This document shows positions 25,156 to 37,600 of a stretch of 64,000 nt of DNA, one piece after another (position 1 is the stretch's first letter; each line of letters opens with the position of its first letter). Made by a program: the position numbers and the translations under genes. The notes below the pieces were generated by a model. The model was not told the DNA's origin and searched no databases. It was given only the letters and a program-made list of their open reading frames with translations. Location: positions 81,858 to 145,857 of the forward strand of contig NW_001865079.1 in assembly GCF_000002865.3 (NCBI RefSeq). Direction: 5' to 3'. This stretch comes from Monosiga brevicollis MX1 (lineage: Eukaryota).

Positions 25156-28100
25156 TCAAATCCGGGTCTCGTCCTGAGAAGGCCAGGCCGTGCCCTGGAC
25201 ACAAAGATGGCTAAGCTCTGCACCCAGCTGCGCAGCCGTAGGTCGCGCTCCTGGTTGATTGTGCCAGCACTGCTGGAGGAGCCTACGCGACAGCTCGGCC
25301 AATGCAGGAATGGCATGTCAGTATAGGGGTAGATGAACGAACCCACTGCCACCTGGCAAAAGCTAGGACGCAGGAATCGCACCTTGTCAAAGGGGGAGCC
25401 AGGTCTTGAGGCAATCTCAGACGGTGACCCCGATCTAGGAAGAGACGCAGTTGGAGAGGGTCTGTGTCTGCATATGGAACTTGACCGGTCAAAACCTCGA
25501 ACGCAAGTACACCAAAAGCCCTACACGCCGTCAGCAAAAAGACAACACGTGTGATGATGACCAAAAGGAGCTCTTGCGCGCCGTGGACCGATGAGGGCCT
25601 GCAGGGAGCGCATCGTACCAGACATCGCTCGCAAGAGTATGCGGCTTGCCGTTGAGGCCCTCTAGGCTCATCCAACGAAATGGCAAGTCGCCGTTGGGCT
25701 GCGGCCGATAGTAATCTTCTTCAGTCTTTAAGCGGCGAGATACTAGGTGGAGAAACAAAAAGGAAAAAAAAAAAAAAAGCTGGTGTGAGTTTGCACGCGT
25801 CGCATGGAGGGCTGCACAACGCACGCTTTGATGTTCAAGGATATGGACTGAAGGCGCGTACAGCCAAAATCAGAGAGCTTGCAGACGTCCTCGGACACCA
25901 ACAAGGCGTTGCGTGCTGCCAGATCGCGGTGAATCATTGGTCGTTGATGCAGGTAGGCCAAGGCCGATGCCAGCTACACAAAGCAGCCGCATGGGTGAGA
26001 ACTTTCTTCAAGTCATAGGCAAAGTCAACCCTGTTCAGCCCACCCCCAGAAGTGGATTAAGGCACTAAGAGCCAGTACCTCCCCGCTGCCCTGGTGCTAA
26101 GGATGAGAGCGGTATCCGATAAGAGCAGGAAAACTCACCTGGCAGAGCCAACTGAGGCGCTGGGCCTGCGGAGTACCTGAACCGGGGCCGTCGGGAGCTC
26201 GTAAATACTCGCGCAGTGGACCCAAGGGCGCGAGCTCAAGCACCATGGCCAGGCGTTGTTCCACAAGGGTGCAACCGTAAATGGCAATGATGTTTGGATG
26301 CTCCAATGTGTGAAGCAGCAAGGCCTCGCGCAGGACGGCGTCAGTCTGTGTCCCAAAGCACGATGGCCCCACAGGCAGCATGCATGTTGGTTTGTAAGAC
26401 AATCCATGTGAAAGAGTCCCGACAACTTCTTGGTTGAGCCGATTCCACCTGGAGCCCGGAGCTTGACGTACCTGATTCTTGCTCTGGATCAAGTGTGCAA
26501 TCTTGATGGCCACCTGCGTGGGCACCATTGCTCCACATGAAGATGCCTGAGGGTCAAGGTCAAAGCCAAGGTCATTCATGCAAACCGGTGGGACTGATGC
26601 TGGGATTTGCAAACCCCAGAGGACGACGAATGCATGCATCAAACGCCGAGTGGATTTGCCATCTCTTCAGTGGAGCGCTTACCAACCTGCACAACGCGCC
26701 CAAAATTACCGCTACCCAGCTCGTTGCCCAAAATAAAGTTGTTGCTACGAGAACGTTTCCGCGGGCGCTAAGATGAGCTTGCTGTCGGGAGAAGAAGAAG
26801 GAGATGCAACCCGGACGGGAAGGCTGCCAAAAGAAATATCCACGGCCAAGTGCGCCAGTGCCTTACCTTGGGAGAAAAACCAGGCGTTTGCTATCGGCAC
26901 CAAAGTCGAGGGCCATGGCGGCCAAAACATCCTCAACGTCGCGTTGCAAGGCAGATTGACGCCATTGACGACGTCGGTGACGCAGCACGAGGAGAGCGAG
27001 TAGGCTTCCGGCCACCAAGACCACCACGCTAGCCGCAATGGCGGCCACGATGACCCCGGCTTGGTGCGTTGAGGAGGGAGAGAGGGTCAATCCGGGCTCG
27101 GTGGTGAGGTGATGCGGCACGGAACTAGAAGCAGTGACGGCCGGGGAGAGAGTGCTTTGATCCCCCATGTTGATGGCGACATTAAGCACGAGGGTTAGAT
27201 TGTCGTCTGTTGTGAGGGTGACGGTGCCCTGGGTGGAATTGCTCAAAGCAAACATGACCTGCATGCCTGCGCGATCAGAGCTCTCCGTGACAAGCCCCGA
27301 GGAGAGGACTTGGAGGATTTCACGAGTGGGGTAGAAGATGGAATCATCAAAGCACCGTTCAAAGGGTAGCTCGGCGGTTAGGTCGGGCAGCATGAGAACG
27401 ATGCCACGGAGAGAGGAGATGTTGAAGATGGTGCCGGAACATGGCTGAAAGAGTGCAACGGCCAGATCTGATGAACTCGTGGGGACGCGAACCATCATGT
27501 CACAAATATGTTCGTCCCAGCCATTGGCGCACTGGGGAATGCCATCGCAAATTTGATCGGGGCTGGCGAGTGCGGTGAGATTGAGAGAACCGAGCACGGG
27601 TCCGTCGGGATCGTATTCAGGGCACTGGATGGTGGTGACACGAGTTCCCACGACACAAGCGCCAGAGCAGTTGACGCGGCCACAATCTCCAGGAATGGGG
27701 GCAAGGACGCAATCACAGTTTGCAGTGGTCGGGAAGTTCAGGGTGTATTCGGGCCCGCACGTCTTGGGAAACGTGGCGGCAAAGGTGTTGGGCCGGATCG
27801 TCTCCAGGGGGTTGCCTTGAAGGTATATGGCACGCATGTGTGGAATCATGTTGGGAATGATGGCAGAGTTGAGGTAGCTGATGGTATTGAAGCTTAGGTC
27901 CAGAACCTCCAAAGCACGTAGGCTGCGCATGGAGAAGACTGTGAGCCAGGAATGAGAGAGGTTGAGGTAGCGCATGTAGGGCACGCTCTGAAACCCCTCG
28001 CCCAGGCTTTGTATCTCTTGGCAGGGCAGGTGAACATGTTCAATGTCGGCGGAGAGGATTTGCGGCAGGACGCGAAGAGCTGGTGGCTGTGTGTTTGCAC

Positions 28101-28488
28101 AGCGGTCGCAGACGAGGCTGCCGCCCGCGGTGGTAGAGTTGCCGGGCGTGTAGGTGCAGTTTTGTGCCCTATATGGGGGGCACATGTCTTGGCTCGTTAG
28201 GTCTGTGGGCCAGACCCAATGGCCGTCAAAGCACTCCAAGATTGGGGAGGCCATGGCTCCGTCGGTTAGGCAGGTGCTGTTGCACACGTGGCCATGCGCG
28301 TAGGCGTACAGCAGGGTACCCTGGCACGAAGTGCGACCCTGGAGCGAGTTGGTAAACAGCAAACGCCCCTCACATGGCCGACAATCACCCGGAACGGCAC
28401 ACCGCCGAGCCCCACCAACCCTTGGCACGCACGCCACGGTCAGCAGGAGCAAGGTCCAAAGCCATCTCCCACCCACCACTGCCCGCAT
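25156..28488 (-). CDS. Receptor tyrosine kinase: signal peptide, Cys-rich/LRR, LDLa, TM helix, TK domain; multi-exon
   Basis: LRRs (YLNLSHSWLT, LDLSFNTIS, IYLQGNPL), LDLa QICDGIPQCANGWDEHIC, TM followed by RHRRR. Kinase motifs LGSGNFG, VAIK, HRDLAARN, DFG, LPFRWM, SDVW. Predicted end QDETRI*. Confidence 0.9.
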
Positions 28489-28793
28489 CACCCCAGCGCT
28501 TGCGGCGGGCACCATGTCAGGTCGCAACACCCGACGACCAAGATCTGAGCTCTCTACCCGCAACAAGAACACACCGTCGTGAGCGACCAGAAGGCCCCTG
28601 CGATACCCAACACCGCCCCTTCAACCCCACACCCACAAGCCACCCTAGCCCCAACAACAAGACTCACCAAGAGCCCGAGGCGCAACGGAGAACAGGAAGG
28701 GCCGCTGCCCTTTTTTTTTATTGTACCCCACGTACCGTCCACCAGCTCAATGTGCATGTGTGTGTGTGTGTCAACAAATACACACACAACCCC

Positions 28794-29059
28794 CTCTCTC
28801 TCTCTCTAAATCTCTCTCTCTCTCTAAATCTCTCTAAATCTCTCTAAATCTAAATCTCTCTCTCTCTCTCTAAATCTCTCTCTCTCTCTAAATCTCTCTC
28901 TCTCTCTCTAAATCTCTCTCTAAATCTCTCTAAATCTCTCACTCTCTAAATCTTTCTAAATCTCTCTCTAAATCTCTCTCTCTCTAAATCTCTCTCTCTC
29001 TAAATCTCTCGAAATCTCTCTAAATCTCTCGAAATCTCTCTCTCTCTCTCTCTCTCTCT
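28794..29059. repeat. Compound (TC)n-TAAA satellite
   Basis: Variable TC tracts repeatedly interrupted by TAAA or GAAA. Confidence 0.9.
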
Positions 29060-29508
29060 TGCAATCATCAAGAGTGAGAACAAGTCCTTCTTCGCTTTAT
29101 GGACATCACATCATGTCAATCCATCACATCGTATGAAGTAGCCCATAGATAGCACCACCCGCCCGAGGGGAAGGTTGCGACGGAGTGGTCGGTCGGCCAA
29201 GAGGTGCGTTGTTCTCATCCCGTGAGGGGCGAGGTTTTGGGATGAGGCTTTTGTAATCGTCCGGGGCAAACCCAGACGCACGCCAACGGATCGCCTCGGA
29301 ATTTGTTGATAGCATCCATTGACCTCTGTGAAAAAAAAAAAGCTTCTAAGGCTATCAGAAGTGCGAGGCCGGTCGGTGAGTGGTGATAAGCATGCCTGTC
29401 AAATTTCAAGTCAATTCATCCTGGAACCGCAGGCTCCACTCCCAGAGCTGTCCGGGGATTCATCGGGGTATGCATAGACATCCACAAGCTCGATCTCGCC
29501 ATCTTTTG

Positions 29509-30303
29509 CTAGAGCGAGGTCTCGGTCGAGCCATCCCCTGTGAAGGTCGGCGCCGTCTGAGATTTTCAAAAGACGCAATACGCATGGCAAGATGAGCGTC
29601 GCCGAGGAAAGCACAACGCAACGGGGCAACTTTCCACTTGAAACAGGTATGCCTACCCAGGCCAGTGCGGGGCCCGCAACGAAGAGTTGGAGCAGATTCT
29701 CAAAACTCGGCCGGGATGCCGCATTGAGTTGCAAGCATCGAGTCATGATTCTAAGCCAAGGCGGTCACGGTGAGAGTGGTTTTACTTTCATCCCAAATCA
29801 GAGTCGAAGGGGCATGCGTGACACGAACTGTTGGACGAGTCGTGGCGCTTGCGGGGGCAGCGGAAGGGTGTCGCCCGCCTTTAGACGAACGATGATCGTC
29901 GCTATCCAAACATTGGGCGGGTCGGTGAGTCCAAGACACGGGTTGGCATTTAAAATGTCCCCGCACGCAGACTGCATTACACACCGACATCACAGCCCGC
30001 CCATGGCACGGCTCCTTGCGTGGCCAGCTCCCAAGCCAAAACGCCATATGACCATACATCAGACTGCTCCGAATAGCGCCGCTCTACCAAGCACTCGAGC
30101 GCCATCCACCTACCGAGTATGTGACTTGAGCACCGGACCATGTCCGTCAACAAGCTGCAACCAAACTGCGCCAAGTCTTCAAACATACCGAAACGGCATA
30201 TCCTCATCTGAGACGCTCTTGTAATAATCAGAGCTCGGCAAGACCCGTGATACTGCAACCCAGGCACCGCACGATCAATGCACATACACGCGCGCACACA
30301 CGT

Positions 30304-30337
<34 letters not shown>

Positions 30338-30541
30338 CTTGACGTTTGACCAAGCATTGCTTGCGACAACTCACGTCCGAAATCAGCCAGTTTGCAGACC
30401 AGCGGCATGAGTGAGGTGACCAGCACGTTGCGGGCTGCCACATCGCGATGAATCACGCCACACTGTGCCAAATGTGTCAGAGCCTCGGCCATCTGCAAGA
30501 ACCGCGGAGAAGCAGAGATAATATGAATAACAGAGATAGTG

Positions 30542-30589
<48 letters not shown>

Positions 30590-33275
30590 GTGGCCATTCC
30601 GCTGCCTAAATGGCCGGTCCGAGGAAAAGACAAAGCCAATCGTTTCCAAGGTACCTGAAGAAGGGCAATTTGGATGTTCGTGGGGCTCAATGGTTGACTT
30701 CGGACACGATCGCGCAAGTTGCCATGAGGTGCCCACTCCAACACTGCCCCCAAATGCGACTGTCCTCGCGATTCATCACTGAGGAAAGTGGCACACATAT
30801 TAACAATGTTGGCTGAGCTTCTCCCGCAACGCACATGCACCACGCGTGTTATTTATTGCTGCGTCAGCGACTGGCGACGGTCAACACGTACGGGGAGAGG
30901 GAAACACCGTAGAGGCTGATGATGTGTTGATTGCCCTTGAAGTTCTGCAGCAGCATGATCTCACGGAGCCAGGACAAGATCTATGCAGCAATCAATCGCC
31001 AAACCATCCTCGATCACCACGACATGCCGCCACAACGATAAAACAAGCAGGGATGCACATTGTACGCGAGCAGACGTCACGCTGATGAACCTTACCGTGA
31101 CGCTGCCCTCGGCACACTGCTTAAGGGCCGCCGGCTGGGGGCCCGAGCCCATGTCCAGCATGACTTGATGCACAACGCTAAAGTGGCCACGGCCGACGAC
31201 ACGCTGGATGGCAAGATCCTCCTCATCGATGAGCTCCAGCGGAGTCGGGTTGAGCTGTGGATAGGCTTCGTGGAAATCCCGACGAGCAGCTTGCATGAGG
31301 AGAAGCCACTGCTCCTCCATCTCGCGATGCTGGCCCTGCCGTCGACGACGAGCTGCCCAGATCTGCCAAGACACGCCCATCAGCAACAGCAAGAGCACTG
31401 AGGTAGACATGGCGGCCAGCAAGACGGTCGAGGCGCCCGATGATGAAGCAGTGCTGGTCGGCAAATTGGTGGTAGAGGACACTGGGGTATGGGTAGACAT
31501 GGCCGTTGAGGCAGCTTGATCGCTGACCAGGCTTGCGTATAGGGCGTCAAACGTGACACTATCTAGATCCGTTGGCGTGGCCGTCTCATTTGCGGCCGGG
31601 CTTCCATCAATACCCAGCATGTTGCCGGCCGCAAGCCGATAGACACTGGTCAGAGAGAGGTCGTTGGCCAGGTTTTCAACGGTTCGCAGCAGGCCGTGCA
31701 TATACACGTAGGGATAGGATGTGTTTCGCAGCAGGATGAACCTGTCAACATGTTTTATGACGAGGGCAGCCACAGCGTGGATGTTGCGAACAGCCCGTGA
31801 GAGGAACAGGTATAGCCTGACCCGGTGCAGGATGGGGCGTTTAGGGGCGAGGGCAGAAGAGGGGGCGGGATCGAATCAAGCGCCCGGTTGGCCGAGGAAT
31901 GCACGTACCTTGCAACAGCGAGGCCGTCGTGAACTTCAACGGCATTCCAGTTGCGGATGACGCCACGCCACCAGTAGCAGCCTGGGGTCCGACCCGTGAT
32001 GACGCCGCTGGCAATCGTAAAATTGAAGGCGGAGACGCAGTCAAAGTTGGGCCCACTGGGTCCGCCAGCACTGGAGAAGGCAAACTCCAGGGTGAAGGAG
32101 CAGCCAGCCTCGTCTTCCGCGGAGGGACAATCGGGGGTGCCATCACAAAGCTGGGTGGGGGAGATGGGATCGGAGGAGGAGAGACAGGTCATGGGTGGGG
32201 TGACGGGAGGGGGGCAGAAGGAGGCATTGATGTAGGCTGGTGCGTAGCAGCTGCAAGTGACATCGTAGCCAGAGCGTGGGTGAACATTGCCAGCACAGTT
32301 GACGTTGATGGAAGCCAGGGTGAGGGGCTTATTTTCAGGATCGGGATGCTGTCTGAGATATGAGGTGTTGAGGATGCGCCACCACGTATCAAAGTCGACG
32401 GCATCGCCAGCCAGGGGACCAAGAAGAGCCATGTCGAGGCGTCGGAGGCTACCGGACTGCGGAAGAAGGGACTTGTCAATGACCGTGGGAGCAAGTCTAA
32501 CGACGGCGCGATACGTTTGGAGAGAGGGCCACGATTCGTTGAGGGAGCGGAGGGCTTCGAGGTCGGGGATGTAAAAGAACAGATCGGTGAGGCTGGGGAA
32601 AAGGGGCTTGGGCTCTTGCCAGATGAGTGCCGGGGGAAAGTTATCCCAGTAGCGCAGGGTTTGCAGATTGGGATAAAGAGCCAAATGAGAAAGGTTTAAG
32701 GGAATTTGTGTTGGAGTGCCCCGCACGCTCCAATAGCGCAGAGCCGGGGCTGGGGGCAAGGGGGCATTGTAGAGTTGACAATCGTCAATGTCCAGAAACT
32801 GAAGCGCGGGGAGTGTGGGAAGCGCGAGTTCAGAGGTGTGTGCGACACCGCGGATGAGCAAGGCCTGGAGATGAGCAAGGCCCTGGAGATGGTCATACAA
32901 ACGGAGGCTGTCGGTCGTGTTGGCGTAAAACCCGAGGGCCAAGGATCCGAGGTCGTGGGGGAGGCCGAGTGGGACTTGATGGACAAACTCGCAAAAATAA
33001 TCATAAGTAAAGCCAAGCAGCTCGATGTTGGCTTCACAGGCGGGCTGATAATTGAGGCAGGAGCCGTGCCAGGTGTTGTTGATGCAGGTGAGGGAGACGC
33101 TGGCCTGATCGTGGCAGCGCACCGTGCAGGTTGTGGTGCCTGGCGGGCAGGTTTGCCCGTCAAAGCGCGGGGGCGACTCGGGACAAAGCGTTGCCGACGG
33201 CAGGACCACAACCGTGAGCAGCAAGAAGAGGCCCTGCCAGGTGACGGACAGCTGATGCGCGGGCCGTGGCATCAT
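29509..33275 (-). CDS. Receptor tyrosine kinase, paralogous architecture (SP, Cys-rich/LRR-like, LDLa, TM, TK); multi-exon
   Basis: Signal peptide, LRR-like [11 protein letters not shown], LDLa [20 protein letters not shown] followed by RRRR. Kinase motifs [35 protein letters not shown]. Predicted last exon [15 protein letters not shown]. Confidence 0.9.
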
Positions 33276-33815
33276 CGATGGCTATCAGGCGGGCGGCGGG
33301 TAGTCAGTGCCGCGTGTTGACCGGCTCATGTCACGCTCTTGAGATCGCAACTGTCGGCAATCGAGAAAAGCAATGTCATCATCAATGCCAGCAGAGTCAA
33401 AGACTTTGCGGTCGACCTGACCAGAAGGAGGAAGAGCAGCAGGAAGAGCAGCAGCAGCAGGAGCAGCAGCAGGAGAGAGGAGGAAGGGGAAGAGGAGGAA
33501 GGGGAAATGGATGAAGCGTCAGCTTGAGGAGCGAGGTTGCCATATTAGCACCATGTCAGCCCATGAAACCCCCTATCGCTACCTACCTACCATGACACTT
33601 ACCCCCCACAACATACCTCAGCAATCCGATGCTTGACGCTTCACGCCTTCGAACAGACATTTACCCCCGCCACACACCAGGCACGCCACATCCCGCACCA
33701 GGCACTGGGAGACTGATAGCTCTCCCCTCCCCCCTCTTGCCCGAGCTGATCCTCAACGTCGAGCCACGATGCGCGCGCCTGCTCCACGCCTGCACAACAG
33801 CACTCTTTACATGTT

Positions 33816-34030
33816 AAATCTGTCTCAATCTCTGCTCTCAATCCCTCTCTCTCTCAATCCCTCTCTCTCTCTCTCAATCCCTCTCTCTCTCTCTCAATCC
33901 CTCTCTCTCTCAATCTCTCTCTACACATATCTCTCTCTCAAAAAATCTCTCTCTCTACACATCTCTCTCTAAATCTCTCTCTCTCTACGCGTTTCTCTCT
34001 CTACGCGTCTCTCTCTCTCTCTCTTCTCTC
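33816..34030. repeat. Compound (TC)n satellite with AATCCC/AAATC interruptions
   Basis: Repeated CTCTCTCAATCC units, then (TC)n-AAATC. Confidence 0.85.
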
Positions 34031-34682
34031 TTTGCAAATGTCAGACAAACAAGAACGCCAAATATAAGTATTTTACTTATAAGACCCGAGATGGACCATA
34101 CCTGCGGGGTATCACACATGCGGACGGGTATAAGTCAACGTTTACCTTCTACTTACCACACCTGAACAGTTGTCAACAAAAACAAGGTCTTGTTGCTGTT
34201 GTTGTTTTTTTTTCAAGGTTTTGGGACGAAACGGCAGCGCCACTGTCTGATGAAAGGCGCGTGCAAAGCTGGCGGTGACGATGGTCATGGCGAGCTGATG
34301 AGGTTGTTTGAAGGCCCTCCGTGTTGTGGCTGCTTCTGCTGAGGAGCTGGAAGGGGCTGGTTGAGGTAAGCCGTTGCTCGGCTCTCTCGCGCCTTTGCCC
34401 CGCCCCCTGTCACAGCGGCTGCGACACCCTCACATGACCGCCCCCCCTCCTCCCCCTCCTCATGGATGTGTCTGTAGCTTGCCGCTTCAGTCCTGGGACC
34501 TAGAGCGGTATAACGCCCGGGCCTGCTGTTTTGTGGATCAGTTCGCTCGGTGGATTGGCCTTCTGTTCAGCCGACAACTACTCAACGCCGCCCCTACGAG
34601 CGCTCCTCCCGCTCACTCGTGCTCTCTCCTCGAATCTTGTCATTGCCAAGGGGTGCGCATTGAGCCGACCCATCCCCTCACC

Positions 34683-37600
34683 ATGGGGTCGAGTAGCAGC
34701 CGTGCTGCACCGATCCACCACCATCGCTCATCAGCTGGTCAGCAAGAGGCCACCATCAACATCTTATTGCATGGGACAGAGGCCATCAATGCCTCCATTC
34801 CCGATCCTTCCCATCCGCGCCGTTCCAGTACCAGTTCAGCTCAGCAGCTCAAATTGACATCCGATCGACGTCTCAGCCGCTTTGATCCTGAAGCTAGTAC
34901 AGGCTCGGGCCGCCTCAACGCCGAATCCACCCGTTACGCCAGCGATACCACCGTGGTCGATGCCACCCGCCTCCTGGCCAGCCAGCCAGCCATCAAGGTT
35001 CGCCGCACTCAAGCGCAGCTTCTCTTGGTTTTGGTTTGTTTGTTTTTCGAACCACTCCCCCCTTGTGCCCTCACCGACTTTCATCGCATCTAGGTTCAGT
35101 TGGTCATGGGCCAACAGCTACAACTGCGGTCTGCCGATACCAGTGATTTAATCCTCGCGCTCAATTGGCTGCAGTGCCACGAGTTTGCCATGTTACAAGG
35201 ACCTCTCCTCCTGATCTACCACAATGATATCTCCGCCCACAGCGCCGCCATCACTCTCTTGGAAACCGCCAGTCGCACTCACACCCGTGAACTCGTTGCT
35301 CTCCTACGTGCCATCAAACACGACCGTGAAATTCACCACGCTCGCCACGCCCTTGATCAGGCACTCAACCCCTCCTCTTCCTCCATCACCTCTGCCGAGC
35401 CCCACCAACAACAACACTTTCGCATTACCCGTGGCTTCTCCATCTCCTCAACCTCCTCATTTGATGCTTCGGGTCTTGCCACCCCGCATCAAGCCAGCAC
35501 GCTTGCCGTGCCCGCCGTGACCCGCATCCGCCGCTCAAGCCCCCTGGCCTCCCCCGCCCAAAGCCCCCACAACTCCCCCGCCGTGCGTCGGCAGACTCAG
35601 TCCAAAGACCGCCCCAACAGCATGCCCGTGCTGAACCTCGACGAGTGCCCTGATAGCCCCACCCTTACCAATCCCACGTCTCTGGACAACAAGCGACTCC
35701 AAGTCGCCCGTCGTTTCCAGGTCGAACTCCTGGACATGCTACTAGCCACCCGGACCGCACCCGAGGAACGTGCCCGGCGCGCCGCAGCTCTCTTGCATGA
35801 CTTTGATAAGACCAGCCACGACGTGCTCCTCCCCTCGGCCAATCGGCAGGAACTCGTCGATGCCGTTCTCACCATGGATCACACGGAAGATGAGGGTGAT
35901 CAAGAAGAATTGGACACGACCTCAAACAAACAGCCAGAGGGAACAGGCGCAGAAGATCCTGCCCCGATCCCGCCCCTCAACTTTGGGCCCAATGTTGCCC
36001 AGGCGTGGGGCGCCTCGCCCTCGGCACCGTCTGCCCAAGCGACAACGATGGACCTTGATCGCCTCGACGACAGTCATGACGCCGTTGTCACCCACCCCTC
36101 CAAGGCGTCTGTTTTGTCCGCTGACTCGGGGCCACCGGGCCTCAGTCGCCGCACAAGCAAGGTGGTGGCTCAGCTATTTGGTTTGGCCCCGCAACAGCAG
36201 AGAACGCTTTTTTGGGCCGGCTTGCGCCAGGTAAGCGGTGGCGAGGGCGGCACCTTTGAGCCAAACACAGATCTGCAGCAGCTTCACACCATGCCCAGCG
36301 TGGACGATGATGAGGAAAATGTTCGCGCAGCAACGCCCTACTCTGATGATGGTGATGACGACCGGCGCGAGAGTGGACAGTTGCAACTTGAGGCCGCTCG
36401 CCCTGGGGTCGAGCTTCTGCCCTGGCGCCAAGAGCTGGCGGGTTTTGGCGCTGTTCTAGAAGCCGGCCGCGAGCACGCCCGTGCCCATGCGACCGTCCAC
36501 GGCAATTGGCAAGGCACTGTTGTCATTAGTCAGGTGCCAACCGTGTCGCGCATCCTCCGTAGCTATTCGGCCCTCAACACGGGCCATTGGGCCCTGACCG
36601 ACATTGACACGGTTCGCTATCAGGGCCGTGCTGCCGTGCTGCGAGCCACCTCCTATAGCGTTGCGCTGATGGCCCAAGGAACCGCACGGGAGAACAGCAA
36701 TGCTCCAGCAGGCATGCAACTTCTACTTTCTCGACTCGACTTTTGGTGCCGGGTACCTGGAAACAAAAAGCTGCTGGCGCTGGCCGTGCGTGGACCATCT
36801 AATCACTACCTTGTAGCGTTTTTTCACGTGCCGCGCCGAGCCGCCCAACTTCTTGCTCGCCTTGCATCACTGCGCCGGAAACACCATAGTCACTTTTGCG
36901 ACGTGGCACTGCCTCCACCCATGACGGCCCGTACGGGCCCCGAAGGCACACCCGAGTACCAGGTGGAGGCACGCCTGCTGGGCACCCAGTTGCGCCACGG
37001 TGCCACCTCCCTGGCCACGGCGAGCGAAGCCATTTTTGAGATTTTGGTGTGTCGCCATCGCCAACCGCCTTCCCCCCTGCCCTCGGCCCTGCTCCCATCA
37101 GCGCAAAGTGGCCAAGTTGTCTCGTGCCTCAAATCGTCTGGACCCGCGTTGTCTGATTCGCTCATCTCATCAATGGTGTCACTAGGAACCCCTGCCATCA
37201 CCGGTGCGCGTGTCATGCTCTTTTACGGCGTTGGACGCCACCATTGCGTGGGAGCATCCGGATGGATCCTCCGATCGGCGCATGCATTCGAGCGTGAGCT
37301 TTGAAACTCAGCACCTGCGGTATGGCACACACTTGGGGGCGCTCATTTCCACATGCTGCAATCAACACGATTCGGATGGTTGTTCCACGGTTCGGCCACA
37401 TGACAACCAATGAAAGATGCGTGCGTGCACTGCTCACCGGCAACCTCCATTTGCATCCATCCATCTAGCCTTGCCGCCGTCCTGGAGCGCGACCGTGCCA
37501 TGGCAGCCCGAGCCAAGGAGATGCACCTGCATCTTCCCGAGGACGGCTATCTTGTTGTGCGTGATGCCCGCCTTCCTTCATCACTGGTCAAGACTGCAAC

